DNA of 63,521 bases, counting the filler, from Octopus bimaculoides (lineage: Eukaryota), in assembly GCF_001194135.2 (NCBI RefSeq). It is 5 parts of 5 records of this genome, joined end to end, with 100 filler letters (N's around TTAATTAATTAA, not from the genome) between each part and the next. Parts side by side here need not be neighbours in the genome. Positions count along the whole stretch, not along the records: positions 1 to 27,483 come from NC_068996.1; positions 27,584 to 29,705 come from NC_069000.1; positions 29,806 to 40,897 come from NC_068986.1; 2 more parts are not named here. One strand, written 5' to 3'. Below, one piece after another: positions 23,844-35,969 of this stretch. The notes under the pieces were generated by a model, which ran no database searches, was not told the origin of the DNA, and worked only from the letters and a program-made list of their open reading frames with translations. The position numbers and the translations under genes were made by a program. The first letter of the stretch is position 1; each line of letters opens with the position of its first letter.

Positions 23844-25430
23844 TGACAAGATTCAAGAAATTCCAGTAGTGCTTATGAACGTCCATCCCGAACTTTATCT
23901 GGATACCAATTGGTATTCTTTTCAATCCAATTATGCCAGATTCGATCATCATTTTTATTTTCAGTAAGCATAGGGTTTTCTGACTCCTTGTTACCATTTT
24001 TTTCAAAAAATATTCCTCGTAACGGCGGACGAAATGAAATAGCCCTTGAGCTAGTTTATTCTTGTCGAAATTCTTAGTCCAAGCTCCAAGACTGAGACAT
24101 CATTGGGTGAAAGTTTTAGTTTAGATAAATTTATGACCGACATTATTCTCTAGTCTGATGGATTTTCTCGGGCAAGTGGTTTTTAGAGCCTTACTCTCAT
24201 TAGATTCCTGACTACTTTTTGGGCTTTGCTCGAAATCTTCACTTAAAACATGGAACCTATTGGGTGATAAAATTTGTTCTGAATGTTCATGTGAGAAGTT
24301 ATAATTTTTAGTCGTCTTTCTAGGGTTAATCCATTTCTGGGTGGGAGACAGAAAGTGAGCAACTACTGTGGTTTTTGTAGACATTTGAAAAACCTTTACT
24401 TTCGGGAAACGAACAAATTTATTGTTTTCGAAGCAAAATCTTAAATGTGCTCGTATTTTTGGTTGATCAAATAGAAACTTCTCTGGAGCGTTTCCAATGA
24501 CCAGTTCAAATGCTTACTTCAGGGGAAAAAGGCCACAGTCAGATGCGCCAACTTGAGGATTAGTTATATGAACTTGTTGAACTGTAGGAATAATGTTTGT
24601 GGTGAGTATAATATTGTTTTTTGGGCTATTAGTTCCTGTGAAACTGCGAAGTTCAAACTGTGATAAATATAAACATCTCCGAATAAATTGGTGGACAAAA
24701 TAAAATGATTGTTCCTGGTGTGATGAATGAACAGTGTGTGATGTGGACTGTATGTTAGAAATTCCGTGTGAGAAAAAATGGGTTGGTTGTATTGGAATTT
24801 CAGGAAAATTTTCCCCTACGATTTTCAATCCGGCGTTAATAAGTTTATCACATAACATTTGTCCCAAAAGTAAAATCGACTTCTCATATTACAAAGCAAA
24901 TATTCTGAACCAAAATGTTCTCTTGCCCACTGGCTCAGGGGAATGGTAAATCAGCTTTTTCAGCTTCTTTTCTTTTTTTTTTTTTTTGTCTTCAGGGCCG
25001 AAATTTCCTTTTTTTACAAAGTTCATCAAGCAGTTACACAAATAGTTCAANNNNNNNNNNCAAGCAGTTACACAAATAGTTCAAACGATTTTTAGAAAAA
25101 GATACCTTTTCAAGGACACTCAACATTTCCTTAATGTCTGCATCAGGCAATATTAATTTTGAACGATAGTGTTCAATAATAGCTTCCATGATGTTAAATG
25201 AATTGTTCTCACCAATTAATTTAAACTTTTGAAGCAATGAATCGTCAGGCTTTGATGCACATATTGGTACATTTGATGTAAGACCGTCCGGTATAACTTT
25301 TTCTTGTTTGCATCTTTCCAGAAATGGTAAATGACTTTTGATTTTAGCACGAAAACGATTCAGTTTTTTAACTGATAGAGATGTCTATTTTTCAATTTTG
25401 ATTCGTATTTGAATGGTGCAAAATCCATTG
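23844..25430 (-). mobile_element. Penelope-like retroelement 5' ORF remnant carrying a Ulp1/SENP (C48-like) cysteine protease domain; RT and EN missing
   Basis: Hand-spliced frames: SHLPFLERCKQEKVIPDGL (PLE N-terminal HxxFLxxCxxxxxxPxGL); LCDKLINAG...IHHTRNNHFILST...VYIYHSL...QVGASDCGLF...FDQPKIRAHLRFCF (C48-like); VINLSKLKLSPNDVSVLELGL...LFHFVRR..EYF (PLE pre-RT). Confidence 0.75.
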
Positions 25431-25566
25431 GCTCAGGATTGGGCTCAACACTGGGGTCTAGCGAAAGTAACAAGAATAAAACGCAAAGCTATAATTTACA
25501 TTACGTTTTTCCTTAGACACCCGGCTGTTTTTGTAACTTCCAGAATTTCTATATGTTCCAATTCTT

Positions 25567-25860
25567 GCTCATGGGAACTGCCCATATCCTACGTAAAATA
25601 CTGTCTATGTGATCTCAAATTTTAAAACAAACACATAATTTTCTTATGGTTTCTTAAACATTCTCTAGAACAACACTATGTGTTGTTCTAAATATATGTG
25701 TTGTTCTAAATATAAATCCAAATATATGGTACCCTAGGCATAACACCTACATGAACTTCTAACTTGTTGCCTGTTGAGGTCTTTGGGTGAGACTTGAATC
25801 CAACTTGTACAAATGCAAAGCAAAAGTGAAGCATAAAATAATAATAATAGTAATAATAAT
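25567..25860 (+). mobile_element. 3' end of R4/Dong-like element with (AAT)n tail
   Basis: LMGTAHILRKILSM*, with UTR nearly identical to the minus-strand copy at 40540-40897. Confidence 0.88.
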
Positions 25861-26070
25861 CCTTTCTATTATAGGCACAGTGCCTGAAATTTGGTAGGAG
25901 GTGCTAAGTCGATTACATCGACCTCAGCATTCAACCGGTATTTATTTTATGGACTCGAAAAGATGAAAGGTAAAATCGGCTCCGGCGGCATTTAACTCAG
26001 AACGTAGAGACGGACGAAATGCAACTAAGCATTTTGCTTTGTGTGCTAACGATTCTGCCGGCTTGCCGCC
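25861..26070 (-). mobile_element. SINE family B
   Basis: Reverse complement GGCGGCAAGCCGGCAGAATCGTTAGCAC...TTCTGAGTTAAATGCCGCC matches family B. Confidence 0.85.
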
Positions 26071-26639
26071 CTATATTTCCAAGGTAATAATACCAAGCTA
26101 TCACTGTTCCTTACTACATGATCCTCCTTCAAAACAACTAGGACTAAGAATTTCCGCTCGGAATTCATAACTAGAAACTCTTTTGAAAGAAGAATGGAGG
26201 GAACCATTAGGATTTGATAATATCGATCTCAGGCCGTAACTGGTACTGTATTATATTGAAAATGGAAGGATAACAGTAAAGTTGGCAAGAGTGACGCTTA
26301 AATTGCAATTATAGTGTGTGCCATGCGAATCCGTGTACGGTTTCGAAAAAAATTTCATTAAATCGGCTTACGTGGATCCAGCACTACAACAGACGACAGA
26401 ATCTCAGTGTGCCGTGCAGTCGTTTCGTACCAGGAGCCATATTATGGCTCCAAATCTAACTTCTCAATCAGATGTGCCTGTACATGTGCATGTACGAACG
26501 TCGAATGTATGTATACATACCTGTGTGAATTTGAGTGTGCTCATACATTATAGCACGCGCGCGCGCGTAAACATAGTATGTACATACGTACGCATACACA
26601 TACAAATAATAGTACAAATATCATTTAGATAATTATGAA

Positions 26640-26675
<36 letters not shown>

Positions 26676-26969
26676 AAGGAACATACAGTTAGAACGCATT
26701 TACAGCTTGGCCCACCAGAGCCGTGCATCCACCTACGAGTGTTCAACCGACCAGCATGGTTCTTCCTCAGTGCTATTCACCAAGTGTTTGAGGATGCAAT
26801 GTATTAGAGTGTCCAGAGCAAGTCCCGTCAATTTCTTTACAACAATTATGGAATGATGTATAACTATAACGGAAAATTTTACAAAAACGTAACAAACAGA
26901 AAATTCGTAGCTTATTCCTCATCAGTCAACATCCAAAAGGTCATTACAGTATATATACATACATATATA

Positions 26970-27115
26970 CAGGCTGTGTGGTAAGTAGCTCGCTTACCAA
27001 CCACATGGTTCCGGGTTCAGTCCCACTGCGTGGCACCTTGTGCAAGTGTAGCCTCAGGCCGATCAAAGCCTTGTGAGTGGATTTGGTAGACGGAAACTGA
27101 AAGGAGACCGTCGTA

Positions 27116-27183
<68 letters not shown>

Positions 27184-27420
27184 TGTATGTATGTATGTAT
27201 GTATGTATGTGTGTGTGTGTATGTTTCTGTGTCTGTGTTTGTCCCCCAACATCGCTTGACGACCGATGGTGGTGTGTTTACGTCTTCGTAACGTAGCGGT
27301 TCGGCAAAAGAGAACGATAGAATAAGTACTAGGCTTACAAAGATTAAGTCCTGGGGTCGATTTGATTCGACTAAAGGCTGTGCTCCAGCAGTCAAATGAC
27401 TGAAACAAGTAAAAGAATAT
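26970..27420 (+). mobile_element. SINE family A, complete, with expanded internal (TATATG)/(TATG) microsatellite
   Basis: Full motif set, as in 9431-9818. Confidence 0.9.
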
Positions 27421-27527
27421 AGCATGACCGCAGCCACTTGGCTGAAACACATAAATAAATATATATATATATATATATATATANNNNNNNNNNNNNNNNN
27501 NNNNNNNNNNNNNNNNNNNNNNNNNNN

Positions 27528-27539
27528 TTAATTAATTAA
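27528..27539. other. Artificial scaffold spacer TTAATTAATTAA (also 29750-29761, 40942-40953, 62163-62174)
   Basis: An identical 12-mer with stops in all six frames sits in the middle of ~100-N gaps four times. Confidence 0.95.
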
Positions 27540-27720
27540 NNNNNNNNNNNNNNNNNNNNNNNNNNNNNNNNNNNNNNNNNNNNACAGAATATAGATTGGT
27601 AAAAGTTTTTATTTTTCATTTTCCTTTCGAAATTATCCCTAATTTTTGTGGTATGTAGTCTTTTGCTGCTATTTCTAGCGAGTAGATGTCCTATTATAGG
27701 CATCTCTGCATTTTAAATGA

Positions 27721-27759
<39 letters not shown>

Positions 27760-27910
27760 TATAGATAGATATATAGATACATATACATGTTGGCTTGGCG
27801 ATAACTATTAATTTCCAGTACCGCTACCGTAGTCTCCTTTAGAGAGACTTAGAAATATTAATAACTCTATTTCTGAAAACCAGTGGATAGATTCCACTGA
27901 AATTAGATAA

Positions 27911-28052
27911 ATAACCTTCGAACAGATAGTCAGCAGCGCCGCCTGGCTGGGGCTTGGCTGCTCTGCATTGACAAGGGGCAACACCCTGAAACTAGTCTGC
28001 AGATGCCAAACCAGCAGGGGGACACTGCTGACCTCCCCTGTTCGAAGGTTAT
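27911..28052. other. GC-rich 142-nt rod-like hairpin / possible MITE with perfect 15-bp terminal inverted repeat
   Basis: ATAACCTTCGAACAG / CTGTTCGAAGGTTAT plus inner pairs GTCAGCAG/CTGCTGAC, TTGGC/GCCAA, TCTGCA/TGCAGA. Confidence 0.7.
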
Positions 28053-28130
28053 AAAGGACACAGGTTTCGTGTGTCACATAGCTAGCTAGAGGCGATGGCT
28101 TCTTGGAGCTAATTCAGTATGTCTTTTATG

Positions 28131-28561
28131 AAACAGTAGTAGTGAGACATGGTTATAGTTGCAGAAAAGAAAGCTGAAGAGGACAGAAAGTTTCTTAGTA
28201 GCTGCATAAGGCCAAGCATTAAATACTAATTGGATAGAAGCCAAGATAGACAAAAACCAAGTAGATTCCCGATGTATGTTATGCAAATCAAAAAGCGTTG
28301 CTCATATAGTAAGTGAATGTAGCATGCTGGCACAAAAAGAATACAAGAAAAGACATGACAATCTAGGGAGAGCAATCCACTAGGAGTTATGTAGAAAACT
28401 AGGATTTGAACATACTGATAAGTGGTATGAAGACGAACCTAGTAAAGTATAAGAAAGTAAGAAATATTGGATGCTGTGAGACTTTAACATTCAGACTGAC
28501 CGAGTAATAGAAGCTAGAAGGCCTGATTTGGTAATAGTAGATAAAGAGAATAGAAAGTGCC
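28131..28561 (+). mobile_element. R4/Dong-like zinc knuckle and RLE start, degraded
   Basis: Paralogous to 23380-23790; SECSMLAQKEYKKRHDNLGRAIH, TDRVIEARRPDLVIVDKENRKC. Confidence 0.92.
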
Positions 28562-28875
28562 CCGAAAGGATGAAATTTCTGTCGAGAAAAAATACCACAG
28601 AGGGCACCGCAAGGTGTACATTCCCCAACTGTCTCATCAACGACATCAAAACATGCTCGAGGGCACATGTGGTATACAAAATTGTCTGCAATAAATGTGA
28701 GGATTCCTACATAGGGAGCACAACCAGGAAAGTGCACATCCGTATAAAGGAGCACGTGCACACAGATACTTCAATAAGGAAACACCTCAAGAAGTACCAA
28801 ACCCAGGATTTTAAAGTTACCATCAGGGCAACCCAATGCAACAGGTGCAGTCTCAGAATCATGGACACGCCTTAA
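28562..28875 (+). mobile_element. Penelope-type GIY-YIG endonuclease fragment
   Basis: VVYKIVCNKCEDSYIGSTTRKVHIRIKEH matches the PLE GIY-YIG pattern VYxIxCxxCxxxYIGxTxRxxxxRxxEH. Confidence 0.9.
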
Positions 28876-29020
28876 ATAAATTGAGATCAGCCATGCAAAA
28901 CAGGACGGCACTACAGGAAGCAAACTGGTTGTATTAGCAACACTAGTCTGCATATGTCACCTTCCTCCTTCCTCCACATACATCCAAGCAACGACTTTTC
29001 TCAACCATTGCCTTTTCCAA

Positions 29021-29063
29021 ATGTCCTGAAGAAGTGGGGGTCTTCATCCCGAAATATAGAAAT
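29021..29063 (+). ncRNA. Degenerate type I hammerhead motif 3' of the GIY-YIG (pseudo-LTR)
   Basis: ATGTC-CTGAAGA-AGTGGGGGTCTTCATCCC-GAAA-TATA-GAAAT; stem I 4/5 paired, palindromic ATAT stem III. Confidence 0.55.
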
Positions 29064-29668
29064 ACAAGGTTAAGCTATAATTGTTTTTTTTTTCGTAATT
29101 TACTTTGTAACTTCTCGCATTGTTCCGGTCTTACACAATTACATTATTTAAAGTTATACCTCGCAATGCTTCAGCAAAAACTGCCTCATATACATACATA
29201 CATACATACATACATACATACATACATACATGCCCTGATGCAGTACTAGGCAGTGGCTCTCATGGCTTCTCAGCTTAACTGATTGGAAGTGTTATCATGT
29301 ACATTGTTTTTTTTTTTACAAAACGCTTTTTTTCAGTGTAGAGAACTTTTTTTTCCTTCTTTTTGCCCTTGTTCGTTTGTCATGTCTTTTCATTCATTCC
29401 TCAACAACTTACTTTGCTGACGCCAATAAATTGAACGATATCATCGGAAGATGTCGAAATTGTGATGGCATTTGGACAAGTGATGGAGGTATGAGCGATT
29501 TTGTATCAGCAGTCTTTTTTCTGTTTTCTTTTTATTCCCGTTAATCCCGTAAATTCTTTTATATTCCTTCTGTACAACGTTTATACATAAATACACACAC
29601 AGGCGCATGCACAAATACATACATATATCCGTATTTCTGAACGCTGTATACATACATACATACATATA

Positions 29669-29705
<37 letters not shown>

Positions 29706-30030
29706 NNNNNNNNNNNNNNNNNNNNNNNNNNNNNNNNNNNNNNNNNNNNTTAATTAATTAANNNNNNNNNNNNNNNNNNNNNNNNNNNNNNNNNNNNNNN
29801 NNNNNTTTTACACGAGAACATTACTGTGTGATACACGATCCCTATTGATCGGGCTTTTTTATTTTTTTTTTTTATCCCTTTTGATCGAACTACCCCCTTT
29901 TCCTTCCTACGATCCCTTTTGATCGACCCCCCTTTTTTTTCTTTTTTTTTCTTCCTCCTCCCAAAAAGAAAAGCTCTACATTGTATTTGTCCCATCTTCG
30001 TTGAGCCCTGTGTGGCTAATAAAAGAAATG

Positions 30031-30063
<33 letters not shown>

Positions 30064-30148
30064 GTCTGTCTGTCTGTCTGTCATTTATCTATTTATGTAT
30101 CTATCTAAAATAATAAATAATATATATATATATATGATAATATATACA

Positions 30149-30182
<34 letters not shown>

Positions 30183-30231
30183 CATACACACACACACAGA
30201 CACATATATATACATATATATATGCATATAT

Positions 30232-30760
30232 GGGTACAGGACGTCACCAACCGTGCAAACAACATGAAATACATAAACAAACGAGTTAAATACATAAACA
30301 ACGAGAGAAAAAGTGGCAAACAGGACAAGCAAACACAGAGAAAGGACCCTTCATCAGTTATTGGCTGTCTATCTACTCTTCATTTCGTGTATTCAGCGGC
30401 AACATGAGTCTTCAAAGACAGTTGCTCCCATAAATTCTAAAATTAAATTCCGGATTTATGGAGGGTCAAAGTTGAGAACAAAAGCAGGACAGTGGAGACA
30501 TACAAGGAAACCAATGAAAACAAACATGGAGAGTCGTTAGACCAGAAGGAGAGGAAAATAGCGAACTTTGGGTGAAATATTTCTTTGAAAAGGGAAGAAA
30601 TAGATCAGAGGGAGAAAAACATGTCCAGTCTTTTGAACGTCCGTAAGGAAAAGAAAGATGGACGATGGTCACATGTGAGCAACGAGAGAGGGAAAAAGAG
30701 AAAGAGGGGAGAGAAACAGATAGAAAACGGTGAAGGAGGGAGGGGAAAACAAGGGAACTA
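30232..30760. repeat. Unclassified interspersed repeat family C (possibly Penelope-related)
   Basis: Collinear landmarks shared with 61066-61620: GGGTACAGGACGT, CCTTCATCAG, TTTCG, GGTCACRTGTGAKCAACGAG. Confidence 0.65.
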
Positions 30761-30851
30761 GAGAAGGATGGAGGAAGAAAATAGTATAGAGTCGCATCAA
30801 AAGGGTGAAGATAAACTTACTTGGGAATGGATGCATCGCGTTCAGTTGAAT

Positions 30852-30916
<65 letters not shown>

Positions 30917-31175
30917 NNNNNNNNNNNNNNNNNNNNNNNNNNNNNNNNNNNNNNNNNNNNNNNNNNNNNNNNNNNNNNNNNNNNNNNNNNNNNNNNNNNN
31001 NNNNNNNNNNNNNNNNNNNNNNNNNNNNNNNNNNNNNNNNNNNNNNNNNNNNNNNNNNNNNNNNNNNNNNNNNNNNNNNNNNNNNNNNNNNNNNNNNNNN
31101 NNNNNNNNNNNNNNNNNNNNNNNNNNNNNNNNNNNNNNNNNNNNNNNNNNNNNNNNNNNNNNNNNNNNNNNNNNN

Positions 31176-31235
<60 letters not shown>

Positions 31236-31903
31236 AGAAAAATTCATGCATACATATGATTACTTCTACATAATCCTGACAATCTCCACCATGTCTTGGA
31301 TCACTGAGTCATCGCTACAGGACTTTAATACAGGGACAAGATGAACCAAATGGAATAAAATATCTGTACATTCTTGGATTAAAGTGACGTGCTTTTACAA
31401 CACGTATTCCACTCTTCAAGTAACTGGCATTCAATGACAAGCATCTTAAGATGACTGGCAGTTACATCTATTGCAAGTTTAATTTCAAAAAGCCTTCACA
31501 AAGACTTTTGCTACCAAAGGCTACCTAAAAGTCACAGGGATTTGAAAGAAGCATATCTGCATACAATTGGATGACCGTTGACTCATGTATTTTCTTCCAC
31601 CCTCTAACGGGTTTTAGTTTCCATCTCAGAAGGTGTCCAAAGATTATTTCCTCATCTAGCATGCTTGCTGGTGTTGCCAGTTTAGTCACCGACGACCCAG
31701 CCAAACAGCAGGTTGAACTGGATAACAAGTTACAAGTAGCACACTAAAGTGGTCCTGACATAAATACATGCGTATACATATCTCCATATATCCATATATT
31801 CGTATATACATGCATATATACATATCACACACACACATACATGTACGTATGAATGTATGCGTGCATGTATGTGTGTATGTATGTACGAGTGTGTGCATGT
31901 GTG

Positions 31904-31934
<31 letters not shown>

Positions 31935-33539
31935 GTGTGTGTGTGTGTGTGTGTGTTGTGTGTGTGTAATCAGATATTTTAATGTAACACTGAATTCGGA
32001 AGATAGTACATAATGAATAATTAATATTGTTGATTTATAGAAATTTATAGAAATTTTGATTTTGATTCTCTTGGAAATCGAGTTTCATGCTACTACAGTC
32101 TTCAGCCGAAAACTGTTTTTTCTCTTGGCATTCATAATCCTTTTATATATTTCTTTTATAAACGAAAGGATGAACATACCTTAATGTATATAAAATGATC
32201 AGAAATTTGTTGTTGCTAAGCAGAGGAAATTAAGTTTTTTTCTCTTTTCCGCCTATCTTTTTGAAACCATCTAGTATAATGTACATGATATATGATTGGC
32301 GTGTATATTCCTAGTTGTTTTGGAAAGATCTCTGTGAAGAGGGTATTCATACATGAATGACGTCAGCAGTTTTATAGACAATGAAGAGGAAACCCTGCAT
32401 CTGGATGCAATCTTGCCAATAATGAAATGTTTGCTGTTTTACTGTAGATGTGTAGCCTCAAGTCTGCTCTGAATAAACAGATCTAAGACACTCCACGACC
32501 ATCACATTGTTATTTCAGACATTCCTAAGATGGTAGCATCTGATTGAGGGGTATTTAGCTGATATCTCTAGCTGGTCAAGCGACCACATACAGGCTACTC
32601 CATTGACTTGGAATAATAGAGCAAGCATTATAACCTCAGCCATCAATATTGACTTTAAAATACCGTTCTCAAGGCCTTAATAGGACCACATTATCTGTGT
32701 CCGTCCTTTTTCTTCTGCCAAACGGTAGGATGTAATTTGAGGGAGGTTTGGGTGCTATTTTTAGTGGATAGTGTGATCACGTAGAGGTTCCTTTCAAAAT
32801 TTCTGATTTTAACTTAGTATTGATTGATGGGGGGGGGGGGGTAAGGTGTATTTGTTGTTGTTGTTTTTGCTGTTGTTGTGTAGCATTCCTATGATCTATG
32901 GTTACGATCCTGTTTTTATTCGATATACTTAGGACTATACTTTCAAATTTTGAAGACAGTGGGTATGGTTTAGTTGACATTCGGTTGGTTGCTTGCTATT
33001 TCTAGCAGGTCAAGCAACCACTTAGATGTCTTTCTCATTAGCTGATTGGCTTTCATTAAATTAGTCCATCGGTTTTCTTTCCATGAAAGCTGTTGTTGCT
33101 ACTGAATGAAACAGGATTGTCAGTTTGGATCTGACATGCCTGTACATGCCGCGTGGTGGTGTGTGGAGAGAGATGGTGTTGTTGTTAGTGTGGTTGTTGT
33201 CATGGTCGTGGTCGTGGTAAGTCGATGAGATATATGTAAAGTAAGATGGGAGGTGTGGAAGCGGGGGTAGATTTTAGCTGTGCAGGTGCGTCATTTATAT
33301 ACAGTAATAAAGATGGTAAAAGGTGACTAATGTAGAGAAGGAAGCGTGCATTAGAGAGGTAACTAATCTTTGTTTATAAACATGTGTTCGTATGTAGAAG
33401 TAGTATGAGTATGTATGTGTGTATGTATGTATGTATGTGTGTGTGTATGTATGTATACGTGTATGTATGTATGTGTGTGTGTATGTGTGTATGTATGTAT
33501 GTATGTGTATGTGTGTGTGTTTGTGTGTGTATGCATGTT

Positions 33540-35745
33540 AGTTATATTTCTAAGTTTCTTGTCAAATGGAGAAAGAGCTGGTTTCTTAGATCCAAAGCTA
33601 CCTCATTGGAATTTCAACGACACCAGCGAGGTAGTTGTGCATTTATGTGTGTATATGTGCAAGTAGTTGAAGTCAATACATATGCAGATCTCTATGTTTT
33701 GTTTTCTGTATGTTATACTCATACATATAGTTGTATGTCCAGACACGTGCTTATGAACTTATATGCTAAACTTTTGCAAAGTTTCATATATTTTGACAGT
33801 TCCATTGAAGGCTTGTATATGCAATCTTCTCATTAACTTTCCCCTTCCTGGTTTTGAGAACCTTAGTTTCTCAAGATTGATGCTGAGGCAGTTTGTTACA
33901 CATCCTTGTGTCACAATACTTACGGGTATAAATCTAAACTTGTAATCCGGATGCTGTAGCTGTAAATTCCTCAATAGTTCAGTGTTGGTATTGTTTTTTC
34001 GCTATCTTTTGCATTATATTAACATCCGCTAAACAACTAATTCTTTCACTACTGTACATAGTTTCTCTTCTCTGTCTGAAATTATTGTCAGATCTTTTTA
34101 TGTTTACACTGGATTGAAGTATATTTAGAGACTTTCCACTAGTAATCTTTCATGTTATTTGTTATGATCTCTACCACACAATGGGGTCTTAGATCTTTAA
34201 TCTCAGGAGTATCCTTCTGGCAGATCTTATTGTACTGTGTTTTGGCCACGATATCACGTTTCATCGGTAGATAATAATGCGATGACATTTTCAGACAACT
34301 GCTCATGATGTGAGTGATATCTTTGGTGTTAACTCCTCAAAGTCTACATAGATTAACATATCTCAATATTTTCCTGCGCCTCTGTTCCCTTTGTGCACCA
34401 GGAATTTGATAGCCATTTCCTGTTTCTGGATTGCAAATGCACATCCTTCAAAGTATAAGTTGGTGGTCTGGTTGTTGATCCTCGAGAGACTGCATTGATT
34501 ATCAATGTTACGGTCATCTGCTAAAATACGCATGAATGGCCTTCTGCTGATCTGCACTCATACTTTCATCTGACGATACGCTGCGGTAGAGTCGCGCAAT
34601 TTCTTGAGTATGTATTCAAGGGTATCAGACAAGGAATGTTACTCGAGTAGCTGCTTTCCAAGTCCCGTGATATTATCTGCCTAGTGTATGCAAACTTGGT
34701 CAATAGATGCACTTCGACTCCTGGTGGTTAAAAGATGTCGCCGAATGGATATGACGTGACATAAAAAACTGCCTGAATCGATGTGAAACTTCTCTCATTT
34801 TGTTTTCGTTTTAGGTGGAAACTGTCTTCACCACTGTTGATGTGAAAATTATTTGTGCAAGCCAGTACTTTTCGGGTTTTCACATCAATGATTCGTATGT
34901 TTCATCAAACCTTCAGTCAAGTAGCCCAAACTTTGGTGCTGCAAATTCGTTGTGAGCCACTATTTTATTGCATGTAGGGTGTTCTGAGGACCACATTTTT
35001 CTTATCTAGATGTTATATTTCTTAGTAATGCATTCTTTGTTACTAGTACCATCATCAGATATGTTTTCCCTTAAACCTAGGCACTTGTAACATTCCTCAT
35101 TGAATACAGAAGAAACAGTCACCTCAAGTAGATATGTTTTTCTCTCTTTTCACAATCATATAGGAATATTTATCCGGACCAAACTCCAACCATATATATT
35201 CGTAAGAATGTTTTAACCAGATTATGGCTTTGATTATGCTCTCTGGAATTTTTGCAAGTCGAAAGGCTTCTAGTTTCCATGAGTAGCCACATTGAAACCA
35301 GGTTCCTCCTTTTCTGCCGCACCACTGACGTTAAAGCTTTGCTGATGAGCAACTGCTCAGCACATACCCCAAATCCCTTTTTCCCAGTTGTATTTTCTGC
35401 TATGGTGATATTATTTTCACAGTTGCGGAAGAATAAGTTTAAACAGGCTGTACATATTCTATACAATAAATTGGGCGGTAGCTCCTTGCCATGTGAGTGG
35501 TTCGGAATTGGTGATAAGTTTTGTTTCTGCTAGTGGTGACAAGAGTGGTATACTAATATCACTATTGAGAGCTTGGTAGTACGTGTTAATAATATTCGAT
35601 CATTAGAAGGTCAGCTCCAACGAACAAATCTCTTCCTGACGTTTTTCCATCTTGAAGATTCTGAAGTTCAGTCGCAATGGTATCACCATCGATACTCTAT
35701 ATCTTAAGTGCAATTGTTTGGTAATTTTTCTTCTAGTTATTCATC
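33540..35745 (-). mobile_element. R4/Dong-like RLE retrotransposon (RT, zinc knuckle, RLE), degraded, flanked by (TATG)n on both sides
   Basis: SYRPI, KKGFGVCAEQLLISKA..RNLVSMW, FEGCAFAIQKQE, CRL*GVNTKDITHIMSSC..YYLPMKRDIVAKT, NLQLQHPDYKFRFIP..GTVKI. Confidence 0.9.
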
Positions 35746-35969
35746 GTATGTATGTACGTATGTATGTACGTATGCATGTATGTATGTATGTATGTATGTA
35801 TGTATGTATGTATGTATGTGTGTGTATGTACGTATGTATGTATGTATGCATGTATGTATGTATGTATGTATGTATGTATGTGTGTGTGTATGCATGTATG
35901 TATGTATGTATGTATGCATGTATGTATGTATGTGTGTGTGTGTGTATGCATGTATGTATGTATGTCATT

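Noticed and set aside
25028-25084. Short duplications around 10-N gaps (also 56380-56490)
   Set aside because: Assembly overlaps; treated as continuous sequence.
26415-26475. GGAGCCATA-T-TATGGCTCC palindrome with nearby CTGATTGA and GAAAC (minus)
   Set aside because: Hammerhead core has an extra base, triplet is GAC, and no stem I can be formed.
27528-27539. Recurrent TTAATTAATTAA motif
   Set aside because: Artificial six-frame-stop spacer; adjacency across these gaps is not trustworthy.
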